DNA of 38,010 nt from Bipalium vagum. Its lineage: Eukaryota. The translations under genes and the position numbers were made by a program. Numbering within the stretch: the first letter of the stretch is position 1; the number at the start of each line of letters is the position of its first letter. The stretch covers positions 1 through 38,010 of the forward strand of contig JBBMKC010118760.1 of the NCBI GenBank assembly GCA_037834085.1. Reading direction: 5' to 3'. Shown here piece by piece: positions 14,130 through 28,029 of the stretch. The notes under the pieces are model-generated. The model ran no database searches and was not told the origin of the DNA. It worked only from the letters and a program-made list of their open reading frames with translations.

Positions 14130-14450
14130 TTAGAGTTTTGTTGAAATAGTAATACCTCGGCACAAAGTCTGGTGTGGAAGGTGGTTAAATCAAAGTTTCG
14201 TATCTAACCTTTTCAAATTTTTGGAGACTCAATTTTGAGACGTGTGGTCGACCATTATCGATTAGAAATATTAGACTCTTTTTGAAGATCAATGCTGGTC
14301 ACATGACGTTTAATGCTTAAAACGTTTTTCCCTAAACTTTCAGGAAAATTTTCTTTACCGTAATCGTCTCTTCCGATTTCAGAAACTATGATGAATTCGA
14401 TCAGTGTCTGATTACCAGACGGTAAATATTACTGTCTTAGTGTTTGATTC
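14130..14450 (-). mobile_element. Mariner catalytic-domain fragment
   Basis: IFLIDNGRPHVSKLSLQKFEKVRYETLI*PPSTPDFVPRYY corresponds to HDNARPH...HPPYSPDLAPSDY. Confidence 0.7.
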
Positions 14451-14845
14451 TGCATAATAATATTATTATAATTAATATTTTTTTCTTTTTTGACATTTCA
14501 TTTGTCTTAAGTAATTAGCTTTAAAAGAGCTTTTAACCTTCCTGTTTAGCATAATTAATTTACCAAAATGAAGACTAATATTTCTTTTGTTAGCTGCTAA
14601 TGCTACAAATTATTTGCTTTTCCGTCAGAAACATTATCTACCTTAATGGATATTTATTTTGTTAAGGCCTGTCTAAGCGGCATTGAAAATGAGGTCTCTT
14701 AGAGAGTTCTGATTGGACAACATTGAACATCAAGACCATCTCAGAGTTGAGGATCTTAGATGAAAAAAATAATTTCATGAATTGAGAATATTGGAAATAA
14801 AGAATTCGAATTAGGAATTCTGAAACGAAAATAAATTTCAAGCTA

Positions 14846-15780
14846 TACTAGGTTATCCGAAAAATTTCTGGCCTAGTCAATAAAGAATAATGAAATCAAA
14901 CAAAAGCATTTATTTTAATCAAAATAAGAACCTTGTAAATCAATATAACGATACCAACAATTTTCAAATTTTTCCATGCCTCCAAAAATTACATTGATGG
15001 AAATCCTCCAAAATACTGTTTTGTTTTCTGTATCACTTCATCATTTGAATTGAATTTCTTGCCAGAAAGAAATCATTTGAAATTAAGGATTAAAAAGAAA
15101 TCATTGGGTGTAATTCCAGAAAATATGGAGGTTGAGATATCAATCCAAAGCATAATTCGTCTAATTTTACTAGAGTAAGAAGTAATGTGCGTTGTTACAT
15201 TGAAACAGTAATTTTTTGTTCGTCAAATGTTGTTAACTTCTCTTTAGCTCATCCTTCCAGCGATGAAGCAACATTACGTAACCAGATCCTGTGATAGGTT
15301 TTCCTTTCTCAAGATAGTGTATGGGTAATATACCCTTGACATCCAGAAAATCTTAGCTATAATTTTTCCAGTAGTTTTTGTGTTTTAGGTCTCTTCGATT
15401 ACTGAGTAGACTCTGGAATGTAATAATGAATTCATGTTTCATCGCAGATGATGTATCGACGCAAAAAGTCGTTTGAATGTTTTTATAATAGTGCAAAATT
15501 TATCTCCGAATCATTAACACGGTCTTTTGATCAATGGTTAATAAACGCGGCACCAATGTTCCAATCACCTTTTCATTTGTAATTTTTCATGTATTACGCA
15601 TCACTCACTGTCTTGAAATGCGCATAACTTCTAATCTTCACTTTTCAATATACTATTATTATTTTGTGTATTAAATAAGTGTTTTGGTCAGTTTTCCCTC
15701 AATTGGGCGACCACTTTTTTTCCGAATATTTTTGAATCAATTCTCTCATTAAAGAATACAAATCATTTATTGTTTAAAAA
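14846..15780 (-). mobile_element. Degenerate mariner (irritans/Himar-like)
   Basis: TIR-like TACTAGGTTATCCGAAAAATTTC. Minus strand reads SGRP, VPRLL, DFLRRYIICDET*IHYYIPES and GMEKFENCWYRYIDLQGSYFD*. Confidence 0.85.
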
Positions 15781-17154
15781 AAGAAACTTTGGAAAAAAGA
15801 TGAACTATAAAATAAGAAACTAAAAATTATTTTTATTTTTATTTTTTAAAAATTTTTTCAAATGTTCACCAAATTCACTTTTTCAAGTAACTTACAACAT
15901 CATTTGATGTACAAGTGTTAAAACTAATACAAAATTATTTCCTTATTTTAAATTGAAAATAAAAAGAAAACCCTACATGAGTTTCTTTCGCAAAGGTTAT
16001 TATTTTCAGTATCACTTGTGTTTTTTTTTATTTTTTTTTCTCTTTTTTTTAACTTTTGAATTGAATTTTAAATTTATTTTTAATTACATGACATAAAAAA
16101 TTAAAATAAATTATTGTTCAAAGTTTTGGAATTCTTTAACATAAAATTCCATGAAGAATTGTTAGAAATTACCCGAATCAATTATAAAATTTGATACAAA
16201 TTAAATATTAATAAATTCATATTTATTAACCATTAAAATATTAAAAAATTTAATATTATTAAAATGATTATTATTGAAATCCTTCGTTAAGTTGATAGCT
16301 GAAAGACACTTGATAGTTGAAAAAATACGTACTTATTAAAATTAGTTTTACTTCGATTATCAGATCAAATGCCAATTAATATTTTAGCTAATTTCTACGA
16401 TTCCTTTAGAATCAGGGACATTCGTTTTTAAAGAGTTCCAGAAAAATCTGTTTCATTTACTCATAACATTACAAATAATTCATAAGTGTATTGAACCCCC
16501 AGAAATAAATAAGATAAAAATTTGTATCATAAGAATTTGGTGCAAAAGATTAATTATGAATTTAATATTATCATAAAATCATACCAATTATTCTTATGCA
16601 GAAAATGCAGTGTGACTTCGAGCGCCCAATTTAAATTCTGAATTTTTTGTATGTGATTATTTAGTGTTATTATTATGAAGAAATATAATTCCTGCTTCAT
16701 TAGATATTTCATAAGTTTTTTAGCTCTCTATCATTTAGTTGGTCTCGTTGGAAACTATCATGGTTGTATTGCTGGACAGAACTATTTTAATAAATTACAT
16801 CTTCCCAATTTTACAAACCTATACGCAGAATTGTTATAAGATACAAACCGTGTTTTGAAGAATCTTGAGGCTTTACCGAGGATCACTTAGGACTAAATAT
16901 ATACTATATATTAAATGTTTTATAAATTGTTTTGGTTGGTTCTGCTTCAATAAGACATTGAAACATACAAATGTGATCAGTATTATACTTTCTGTTCATT
17001 TATGAGGTAGGACAGTAAAATTAAGAGAAATATTGTTTCAATTTTGTCAAACGAGTATTCTATTCTTAATATCTCTGTATTACTTATGTTGTTTTTGATT
17101 TACAATTTTGGAAATAAAGGTCACTATGTTCATTACTGATAGCCGGTAATTATA

Positions 17155-17660
17155 TTAGATTGGTGCATATGAAATGTTTTTTATTGCATTTTTGAAGAAA
17201 GTTTTTTTGAAATAAGTGAAATCTCTCATAAAATAAATAACATAATTAACAAGGTTATGTATTTTATATGATATTTATTTTAATAATATTATTGATTGCA
17301 GAATTTGATTTTTAGTCCATCATATTTAAATTTTGCTGAAGAAATAGATAATGATGAAATGAAAATTATAACTTATTACTTGGAAATAATGTCCTGAGAT
17401 CAAGTATGAATCTTCAAAAAGTGTATGGAGGTGTAGCAATTTCTATTTGGAAAACTCAACACTGGTTGGCAAAATTCAGGTCTGCAAATTAATCCTTGAA
17501 CATGAACGAAGATGTGGACCCTGAGCAATTCTGGACAACAAAGTTTTGAATGATTTAACTTATCTAGAACCTTGTAAAACATCATGCGAAATGGAAGGAC
17601 ACTTATTTTTGTTAGCTAAAAATTATATTAAAAATCGACATGACATGTGCACCAACCTAA
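17155..17660 (+). mobile_element. Internally deleted (MITE-like) mariner, 506 bp, Hsmar1/cecropia-type TIRs, TA flanks
   Basis: TA-TTAGATTGGTGCATATG...CATGTGCACCAACCTAA-TA. Internal plus-strand peptide NLQKVYGGVAISIWKTQHWLAKFRSA (mariner HTH). Confidence 0.85.
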
Positions 17661-18481
17661 TACTCCAACATCTACGTAAAACTTGAAAAATATGATTGTG
17701 TTATAAATCAAGTTGTAAATTATTAAGCTATAAAAGAAATTAATAATAATCATTTGAAAAAAAATAATACGAAAATATCAATGGTCCTCTGTTCAACCCA
17801 ATATAATCAATAATAAAAAAGTTAATAAATGAAACACAAATTATTATACTATTAATGTTTATTTATTTTTTTATTTATGTTTTAAAATGTTAAATTGTTT
17901 TCTGATATTTTTGCTAATCCTTTATTATTTTATTATCAAAAGAAATTTTATTTTAATAACAAGATAGAACATAAAACCGATTTCTATAAAGTTTCACTAT
18001 GTTAATTTAATTAATTATCGAATATTGTTACATTGTGCAGAGGAAATTATTCTAAGACTGATTAATTAAATCCGTTTCAATTTCAATAAACCTTCTGTAA
18101 AAGTTTCTCAATAAAAATGGTTTCAGATAATTCTCCACATTTGAAACAAGTAATAATTTGATATTTAAGTGCTTCTGATAATTCATTACACTAATTTGTA
18201 TTATTTCGTTTGTATCTTTTTGAAAGAAATTTATTACAAAGTTTATTATTAAGTATTTCTCATTATGTGATTACCCTAATTTATACTGTTTCTTTTAAGT
18301 AGAGAATATTTTTAATTTACTTGAAATAATTAATTTTATTTATTTTAATAAAATTCAGATTAAATATTTGATCATGAATATTGTGATAAACGTATTTTAT
18401 AATTTCTTTAAGCTAGCTATCATATCAAGAAAATCTTTATTCATTTTAGTTTATCTTCCTTATTTTAAAGTTTGCATTTAT

Positions 18482-18628
18482 ATCAGTTAAAATTGACATC
18501 ACATAGTTTAATCAATTAAATTTGACACTAAATAATGTAATCAATTAAATCTGACGCACCGTAATAAAATCAATTAAATCGGACACCACATTTAAAAAAA
18601 TGTAGTAAATCAAGTTAAATTGATTCCT
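18482..18628. repeat. 29-bp-period repeat array (core ATCAATTAAATYTGAC)
   Basis: Cores start at 18482, 18511, 18540 and 18569, with a degenerate copy at 18609. Confidence 0.8.
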
Positions 18629-21600
18629 ATATTTTACTTAGGGAATTTTATTACTTGGCTTGCTCGAAAATTCATAAAGTAAATTTAAATTTCACTGAAA
18701 ATTTTATATTTTCAATTAATTTTCTAAATCTTTAATCAAACGAAAATTCTGCTTAATATTTTTATGGCATAAAATATTAAGAAAAAAATTATTAAAATAA
18801 ATTTAAAAACAAAAATTAATCGGTTTTTACTCCAGAAATTATCCAGTCTTAAATTTTATGTGAAAGTTCTCAAAATTAATTAATTAATTTCTAGACTTCA
18901 TTTTGTATTACTTTAATTAGTAATAATTCATTAATAATATTTATAAATAAAAATAAAGTACTTAAAAATATTTTTATTTGTTATTAATATCTTACTGATA
19001 AATTTATTTTGATTTAATTAAAAATGCTTGGCAAAAATTATGATCACAAAGTTTTGTCAATAATAACATTTACAAATTTCATATTTCACACAAAACAGAT
19101 TTTATTAATTTCTGAATAAAATAGTATTGATTTTAATTAATTTATTTCTTTAGATTATTTGTCATATCAAATTCTTTGTACTATTTCGTCTGTAGATAAA
19201 TCTTGAAAAATAAATGAGGAAATGCTCAATTTATCAGAAGCTCAGCTATTGAAATAAGTACAACAAAATTACTTTAAACACCCTGTTGTTAATTATACAT
19301 ATAAAGATAAATTTATTTCGTGGATAAAATATGCAGCTCTCCACAAATAAAATGAAAAAAAACTTGAAATAGATTTAACATAAATAAATCTTTAATTATA
19401 ATTAATAAAATATCATTCATAATCAATTAAATATCTTAGATTTTGTTTTAATCAGACATTGATAAATAAAAATATATGACAAGACAAAAGTTAAACAAAT
19501 CTAACTTACATTGTTAAATTTATTCAGCAAATTAATAATTTAATTTAATTTAATTAAAAATGACTGTTAGTAATTGTAAATTGTATTGAAATCATAATTT
19601 CGTGATTTTGTTCATTCTTCCCCAAGATATATTAAAGAAAATAATATTTCGTAGCATGCTGAATGAGAATCATTAAATAATTTCATTTTCTTGTATATGT
19701 CAACCCAATAAGATGATTACAGAGACAAATATCTAATTAATAATTTTTCAAATAATTTATTGTAATCAAAAAAATGAATTTTTATATTAATACTAGTCAT
19801 GCTACACGATATTAGGGTTTACCATAAATATCGAACTGATATATATTTTAAATGGATTTTTTCAACAATATTTCAATATATATTTTAAGAAATAAGTCAT
19901 TTAATGTAGATTGATAACAGATATATTCTGGTAATCAAAACAGGACAAGAATAATTAAATAAATTATTATTAATCAGATTTTGCTCAGTGAGCTTTTATC
20001 TGATTGTTATATTATTTATATTATAATTAATATTATTATATTTTATTATTCTATTATAATATCTGAAGATAATATTTCTTTAAATCTGCACATATTTTGT
20101 TATTTAAAATTTTCATCCCACGATTCAATATTTAATGTAAATATAATAATTGATTTTATTAGTTAATATAAATAATATAAAATACAGTATTTTTATGAGG
20201 TTTTGTTAAAGTTTTTCTTATCATCTTATATAAACTTTTAACTTCACAAGTTTATAATTATATTAATTATGACAATTATATCTATTTTTCAACTTTTGTT
20301 TGATTTTTATTCAAATAAAAGGGTTTATACACAATATTGATTTTTATATATTAAAGCTTCTTCAAATTGTTTTCATCATTTATAACAGAAATTATAAGAA
20401 ATCATTATTAATAAAATAATTCATAAACATTAAATGAATGAAAAAATCAATTATTCACAAATATCAATAAATTATTTAAAATGAATAATTAATAAGAAAT
20501 ATAATTGAATCAGTGAAATATTATCATTATTATTCATTTACTATTTAAATCAACAATTTTTTTAATCCACATTTGAGAAAACAATACTATAAAATATTCC
20601 AAGTATAAATAAACCTACAATAAATAAAATAAGACATTCGCTATTTGATAAAAAAATTAAATATTTGATGAAATTTTATTAAGGAATATAATTGAATTTG
20701 GTTTGTGAAATATTATTTCCTTGTCGGTTTTGTTATTTATTTCCAAATTTCTTTCCCCTGCTTTGAAATCGAACATTGAGATATATTTTACAAGTGATTT
20801 ATGATATATAGGAAAATCGTTTCACTTTTTCTGAGGAGTACATCCTTTTTAAATTCACCAAAATGAAAAATATTAGAATTCAAATATGCTGCTTAGGACA
20901 GATTTATGGGAAGGATTTTTTGATATTTAATATTCACATTCATAAATATTCCTACTAAATATAAATAATGATTAGTAGAAAAATAATCATTTAATTAAAA
21001 AAATGTTGTTAAAATAATGATTTTTGGTAGCGCGTTTATGTTTTGCGTAAAATATTTTTATATCAACATATATTTTACTGATGTGCAGTAGACAAAAAAT
21101 ACTTATCATAAATATATATGACTAACAAAGAAAAAAATTATTGGCATCAAAACAAAATGATATTTATCAATGGCAATTTTTATTAGGCACCCGGTACGTG
21201 TGTGACTTTCATATCTTTCTCGAGTCACTTAATCTAAATGACAAATAACATCATGGAGACTTCACTATTTTGCAGAACAATGCTACTGTAGAATACAATC
21301 AAAAGCGTATTCCATAATCACTTTATTCTGATCTCATAAACCTGGCTGGTCGTTTCATAACATAGAGTTTGAATCAAAGAGAAGAACGAAAAGATTCAAT
21401 TCTTTAAAAAATTAAAATTTTCTAGAAAAAGTCTTTTTGAGATGATAATATCCAAGTTAACTCGTGGGATGAACCGATTGAAAGACGATCTAAGCAATTT
21501 TTATGTAAAATATTTGAAGTGAATATAAATTTTGTATGATTTCTGGAATAAGTCTATTTTTTAAACATTGCATTTTTAGGTCCCGCTTTAAATACACATT

Positions 21601-21959
21601 AATTTCAAAGAAGGAAAAATATTTTTACTTAAACTACAATCGCCGTTAATTAAAGTGAGTCTTAAATAATTCATCTATACCACTAAGTTACAATTATTAT
21701 GAATGTCAAATACGTAAAATGTATTATTATATGTCACTCTTCAGATGACATATAACATTTTCTCTGTGTAACGTCGAAGATCTTATCTATAATCTAAATA
21801 TTTTAACTCTATAAGTTAGGGTTCACAATTATTGTAGAAAGGATAAAATTGAAATTAATTATATAATCAGTTAAAATATGAAGGGTTAATTAAATTAAAA
21901 ATAAAAGGGTTTGTATGATAAAATCAGAAAAAAGTAACATGTTCAAAGTTGTGCACAAG

Positions 21960-22460
21960 GAGTGAACAATTTTTTTTACCTAAAGTAACAATTGTTTTTT
22001 ATGACCTACAAAAATACCCATGTACTTTTTGTGACCGACAAAATTACCTATGTTGTTTTTTTTACTTATAATAAAAATTGTAAGTATTGTAACCACATAC
22101 ATTCTTGAAAATCACCTATGAGGTGATTATATGCTCCATGCATAGTTTTTAGTCTTTCTTAAATCTTGTTGTTGAAGGTTTCGACGAAAACTTGTAGCTG
22201 TATCTGCTTTTACTAAGGCTTTGAAGGGCACCTTCCTCGACGAGCTTTAGCCTTGTGGTTTAACATCGTTTCGTTATGATATCACATTTTTGAGTACCAT
22301 TATTGAATCTCCAGTCGTTCGGTTTATAATTTCATCTTACTAATTCCACATATTGAATTTTTGTATAAAATAATCTTAATATAAGTTTAATTTATGCAAT
22401 GTGTAAAAAATGACCTTTTTATCATCCAATGTGTATAATTTGACCTACAATATTGCAATA
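21960..22460 (-). mobile_element. Possible piggyBac 3' remnant with a 30-bp subterminal tandem repeat
   Basis: Frameshifted RRGRC...ADTATS...KLCMEH resembles the piggyBac Cys-rich C-terminus; TGACC-containing 30-bp repeat (GACC at 22003 and 22033). Confidence 0.3.
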
Positions 22461-24179
22461 AGTAAAAACATTGTCCCAAAGCTTTATTTTGATATCATTT
22501 TCCTTTACAAAATAAATAATATAAATGGTATTAACAGGTACAGTAAATATTTTTGAAAGTAGTATGTAAAAAGAAAACAAAAAATTAATATAATAAGTTA
22601 ACATTATTTTACGACTTCAGACCTGAAATATTGTTAAATTATGAAAAATCTTTTTTCTAGTTATTGGAATAAAAACACATTATAAAAAATTGTATGAAAA
22701 TATAAATATATTTATTACATTTTGATTTATGCGCACACAGATGGCAAAAGAGTAAATTATTTTAAATAAGTGTTATAATACTTAAAACAGTGGTGCATAA
22801 TTTTGCAAATGGTGTCTGTAGGGATAAAGACATCCACAATGTCTGGTTTCATAAGCACTTAGATAATTAATAAAATTATTGTTTTCTTTTTATAATTTAA
22901 TTGTGCGAATGAATATTTTTAGATTACTGGTGTATTTTCTTTAATGAAAATGTTTTCAATTGAAATGTAATTATTACATTAAAAGAATTCAAACAAATAA
23001 TGTCAATTACGGTGTTATCTGAAAAAATTATTATTATTATTTTAAAGGAAATAATTTGTTAAGAAATATGAAGCTGCTTTTTGATAAATCTTTCAGAAAT
23101 ATTGAACTTGATAAATTAATGAGGGTTCGTGGAAAACTTCTGATCCTATCCTATTATTTTTTCATTTATATTTTACATAATAGTATTGTACAATATATTA
23201 AAATTAAATTAAGAAATGACTTTATAAAAAAATATAAATATTTTATTAGTTAAAATTAATTTACTATTTATATTTGTTAAAATAGTTTTTTATTAAAATA
23301 TTAACCCAATTATTTACATTTTAATTAACTAACTTAATTATTAAAGTATTTCATCGTTTTTTCTTAGAAAATCTAAGGTACATAAAAACTTAATATTAAG
23401 TATTCAGTTAAAACTGTTTGAATCAATAAGTTGAATCAATTCATTGATAGGTTAGTCTACCCGCAGTATGCAGAAATACATTTAATAAAGCTGATGATCA
23501 CCAAAGACATTTTGTGTTTGATGAAAACCTTTCATGAACATTGCTTCGCGAAGATTCATTTTAATGAACAGTAACTTTTTAAAATATTGATCTTTAATCA
23601 CATTACAATATATTCCATAATATCAACTATTGGAAAATATCAAATATACTGAGGATATGTTAAAATGTTAGTCAAAGTCTCACTTAAAATGAATACATTT
23701 CTATAATGAAATTGTTCATTATTCTCCTTTTAATTGAGAAATGTTTATCATGACTCTTCTGTCAAAAATACATCAAAATGCTTCTTTTTCGCAAAGAGAA
23801 AATTCATTCTAATGCTAATAAGAATGTTCCCCACATTATCACGTAACGAAATTGTATTTAATAAATAAAGTTATCCACAAAACAATATCGTTTTTATTTT
23901 TATTTGAAAAAAAAAGATATTCTTAACAACTTCGTTATTATGCAAAGAAATTAATAAAAATTGTGAGTATTTCTTGAAAAAAAATTGTCCATCTTGTTAA
24001 AAAAAATGTTCACATTATTTGTTCCTTTACTTACATAGTCCTAACAGGTAAAAAATTATAATTTTTAATAAACTTTTCTATTATTGTCAAATATTTATCA
24101 TTTTCGAATTAATTTCGCCTTAAATTTTTTTTGGATCACGTTTTTTTCACGCAAGCATTTTTGTTTTCCTTTAAACCAG

Positions 24180-25100
24180 TCAAATACTTTCAAGGTTTTT
24201 TAAACTCATAAATTTTTTAAAGTATGGATAAATGTAACCGATCAAATCACATATATAATTCACATATTATTTTTCAGCCAGCTCTGTCTCAATATTCATT
24301 CGTGGAGATATGATGGTAAATCCATTCCATTTATTCTTTCATTGTTTTTACTTTTGTTTCCAGACATCTTCAGACTGATTCGATTCTTTGAGTATGCATA
24401 CGTATTTCAGGATTCACAAAATTTATCTTGTGATTAATTGTCTTGTGCATTTATTTTGTAGTTTTTGCCAATTTAGAATAAGCTTTCCATTCATTATTAT
24501 TGTCTCCTTTAGAAATAAAGCATTTATAATGGGCAGTGAAGTGGAAGTGCATCAATTTTTTACTATTTTCAAAAATATTTCAGCTTTACCAGAGTCATCA
24601 ACTATACCGAAAACCCATAACTCGTGATTAGGATCGCGGCCTACTGATTGTTATGCTTGAAACTGAATTATAAACTGAATAAATATCGAACAAAATTTAT
24701 AATAGTACATATTGATTTATCAATTTGAAAGACTTGCCCTTTTCTGCAAAATGAAATTTGATTTTGACTCAAAGACCTTTCAATAACTGCGCATCAACGC
24801 TTAAAATGGTGTTTCATTGGTCATAATAATAGATAGAACGGCAGTTGAGCTCATTTTTTTGTTATGATTTCATTAAAAATTTATAATTGCGTTGCAGTAC
24901 TTTAATAATTTATTTACGTTGTAATTATTTTTTAAACCCATATTGGTGCAAAAAAACATGATTTTTTGGTCAAATAATTTATTATCCTTCACTTTTTTGT
25001 TTAGCTTAAATCTTTGTTTTACAATTTTAAAAATTATTAAGATTTATTAATAAATTTCGTTTATTTAATCAGCAAATCAAAATATTTTCATTTAGTTAAT
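24180..25100 (-). mobile_element. Merlin (IS1595/ISXO2-like) transposase pseudogene
   Basis: Minus strand reads VGRDPNHELWVFGIVD...LPII...EWKAYSKL...HKTINHKINFVNPEIRMHTQRIES, matching the Merlin/ISXO2 WVFG, D.WKAY, VNH..NFV.P and HTQ.IES motifs. Boundaries approximate. Confidence 0.85.
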
Positions 25101-26951
25101 CTGAATTTAATGTTTGGTTAACAATTTTCAAATCAATCAATATATTTGTAAAGTTAAAATTAAATAGCACATATTAATTTAATTTTTATTGATTTTAAAT
25201 AATAAATTCTGTCAATTTAAAAATTTATTATAATAAATTAAAAATATTTTTTGGCAAAAAATATTAAAGTTAATGACGTTTGAGATATCACGATTATGAT
25301 CATATTAATATTATAAGATATTTAAAAAATATTAATAGCTATAATATTGTAAACTATTAATATTATCATATTTTTATATATTTCAACTTTAAGATAAAAT
25401 ATTTATTTTATAATTTTTTATGAATTATACAAAATTCTGAAGAAAAATAATTTTTGAAGACATTATTTAAGCTAAAATTGAATAAGATAAATTATTTGTT
25501 TTGTCATATTGTAAAACAAAAATAAAACCATAATCATTTTAAAATATTTTTTTAAAATGTTAAATGAAAGTTTAATAACTGAAACAGCAAGTTTCTCTTT
25601 ATTGATCTCTAGGTCAATTTATTAATGGGGTGATAATGCAGAAATTATCATTATCCTTTTAACCCCTAACATAACATTACGTCAATAACATAACCTTTGA
25701 ATGTACATTTTTTATTAGAAACAGGATTATGGAGGATAGTAGAAAATATTAATTGCGGAGTGAGTTTTTTAGTTTATAATATATAGATATTTAACGATAA
25801 TATTAGTGTATTCATTAAAAAATTCATTAAGAACAGAAAATAATAAAAAAAATGTCAATATGATAAGGTAAAATATAAAACTGAAAATTATAGCAATATA
25901 TCAGCATCATTTAATTCAAAGATCTATATAAAAAGTATTAATTATATAATAATAAGTAATTATATTATAGTATTATTAATAATAATATATAAATAAAAAA
26001 TATATATAATAAAAAATATATAAATAAAAGTATCTTATTAATCTTACTAGTATATTCTATTATTATTATTAATATTATTATATTATCAATATTATTATTA
26101 TTAATTAAAAATATCATTATTAATAATAATTATTATTAATATATATATATATATATATTATTAGAATGATAGTAGTTTAATATTATAATGATTGGTGGAA
26201 TGCAAGTAAAATAAATTTAAAATAATTTTTTCAAATTTCTTTTACCTATATTTATAAAAAAATAATTATATATTTTTTAATTTATTTATTAAATTTTGTT
26301 TTTATTGAAAACTGAAAATATTAAAATAATTTGTTAAAAAAATCAAGGCACTTTTAATAAAATTAATTTTTCTGTCATTATTTTGCATGAAGATAAATAC
26401 AAAATGCAAAATTATAACTTTTTTAGACTATTTCACTAACATTGTCACAAATGCAATTTCTGAAAAATTAAATAATTTTATTCCTAAATATTTTAAAACA
26501 ATAATTAAAAATAAAATTGAATGAAAAATGAGAAACTTATACCTCATTAATTAAGATTATCTTGAAATTTCAAGATACATTTACGATATTATTTGATCAT
26601 TAATTATTTCAAATAAGGCTCGTAAAAATGAGCCAGAAGACTCATTAAAAAGCAACATTAAAAATAGGAAGAAAACCTGAATCGAAATTATTGAGAGATC
26701 TTAAACTTATTTACGAAGTTTTAAGATAATAATATTTTCTCCATAAAATAAATATATTATAAATATATTATATAAATAAATATATTATATATTTTCTTAA
26801 TAGTACTACTTAATAATATACAAATATTATTAATAATCAAATTTTAAAAATTTCCCTTGCATTTAATATTTAATAATAATAATAATTAATTAATTATGGA
26901 AAGTACTTTTAAAGAAAGAATTAATTAATAGTAATAGAAATCTATTATAAT

Positions 26952-27096
26952 ATTATCTCGCTGTCAAGATAATAATAAATATTTAATAATACATTAATAC
27001 TAATAAAATAAATTTATCTCGCCATCGAGATAATGATTATTGATTTATAGTATTATTATTATAATAAAAGTAATTTTATCTCGACGTCGAAATATT
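26952..27096. repeat. Three copies of a ~20-bp palindrome (consensus TTATCTCGACGTCGAGATAA) at 61-62 bp period
   Basis: TATCTCG starts at 26954, 27015 and 27077; spacers are AT-rich and non-identical. Confidence 0.8.
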
Positions 27097-28029
27097 AAAA
27101 AAAATAAATTTTCGAATTATTAGCTATTAGAGGAAATAGCTTTTGATTACTTTTATTTATGGGATTTGCTAGAGGATTTCACAATGAGACCCGTCGAGTT
27201 TGGGAATCACTAGGCGATCAAACAGGGACATGCGGACGACCCGAGGAGTTTTTACCAATAAACTTAAGAAACTGTGAAATAAATTTCAATGCTTGTCTCA
27301 AATCATGTATATTTGAATTGTGTCAAACATTTTTTATTGGCGCATGTCAATCAAAAATATTTTTCATAATAACATTTTAGACATTAATATCCACATAATT
27401 AGTTTCAATCTTACGAACAATAGGAATTGTTAAATACACACTTAAACTGTTTAAATATTAATTTGATGATGCACATTTTAAGGTTTTTATCAGTTCTTAA
27501 TCAGTCACTAATATTTAATATTGTACATTGCAATTAACTAAGTAGCTTTTAATTATTCTAATAAATCCTGCAGTGCAGCGATCTAAAGCTTTACTGGTTT
27601 ATAAGTCAGAGATGGAGTTTATTTCTTTGTACCTATAGTATTACATCAATTAAATTTGAATTGATACACGATATTTGCTTGCAAAGTCATGAATTGATTT
27701 TGATATAATTTATTTTTGTTTTAACTGCTATTCATAATTACCATCTGACCTTCAAGTTAAAATTTTGATTAATACATATCTATAGTTAAAATTATTATGT
27801 TATTTAATTATATTTTTATTAAATATTTTGTCGTTTAACCTGCTGATGCATTTTAACAGTTTAAAAAATATTGTGAAAAGGAATGGTTGAAGTGTAATTC
27901 TTGAATTTATCTAGAAAAAATGTAAAAAACATTTTAAATTTAAGTTACCTATGATTTTCTTAAGATTTTAGAAATGGTATAATGCAGTGCAACCCATTTA
28001 ATATAATATATATATAATATTAACCCGGT

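Noticed and set aside
17400-17585. 61-aa minus-strand ORF
   Set aside because: Antisense to the mariner HTH inside the MITE-like element.
21170-21890. Tc1/mariner or piggyBac remnant (LQNNA peptide; AGGG-TTAA end)
   Set aside because: Motifs too weak and no matching second terminus.
19981-23253. Short ORFs 19981-20166, 22422-22604 and 23056-23253
   Set aside because: I/F/Y/K/N-biased chance ORFs in AT-rich DNA with no motifs.
24388-24627. 79-aa plus-strand ORF
   Set aside because: Antisense to the Merlin transposase remnant.
26952-27096. True CRISPR array
   Set aside because: Eukaryotic intron, only three degenerate repeats, low-complexity spacers and no cas genes; kept as an unexplained repeat.
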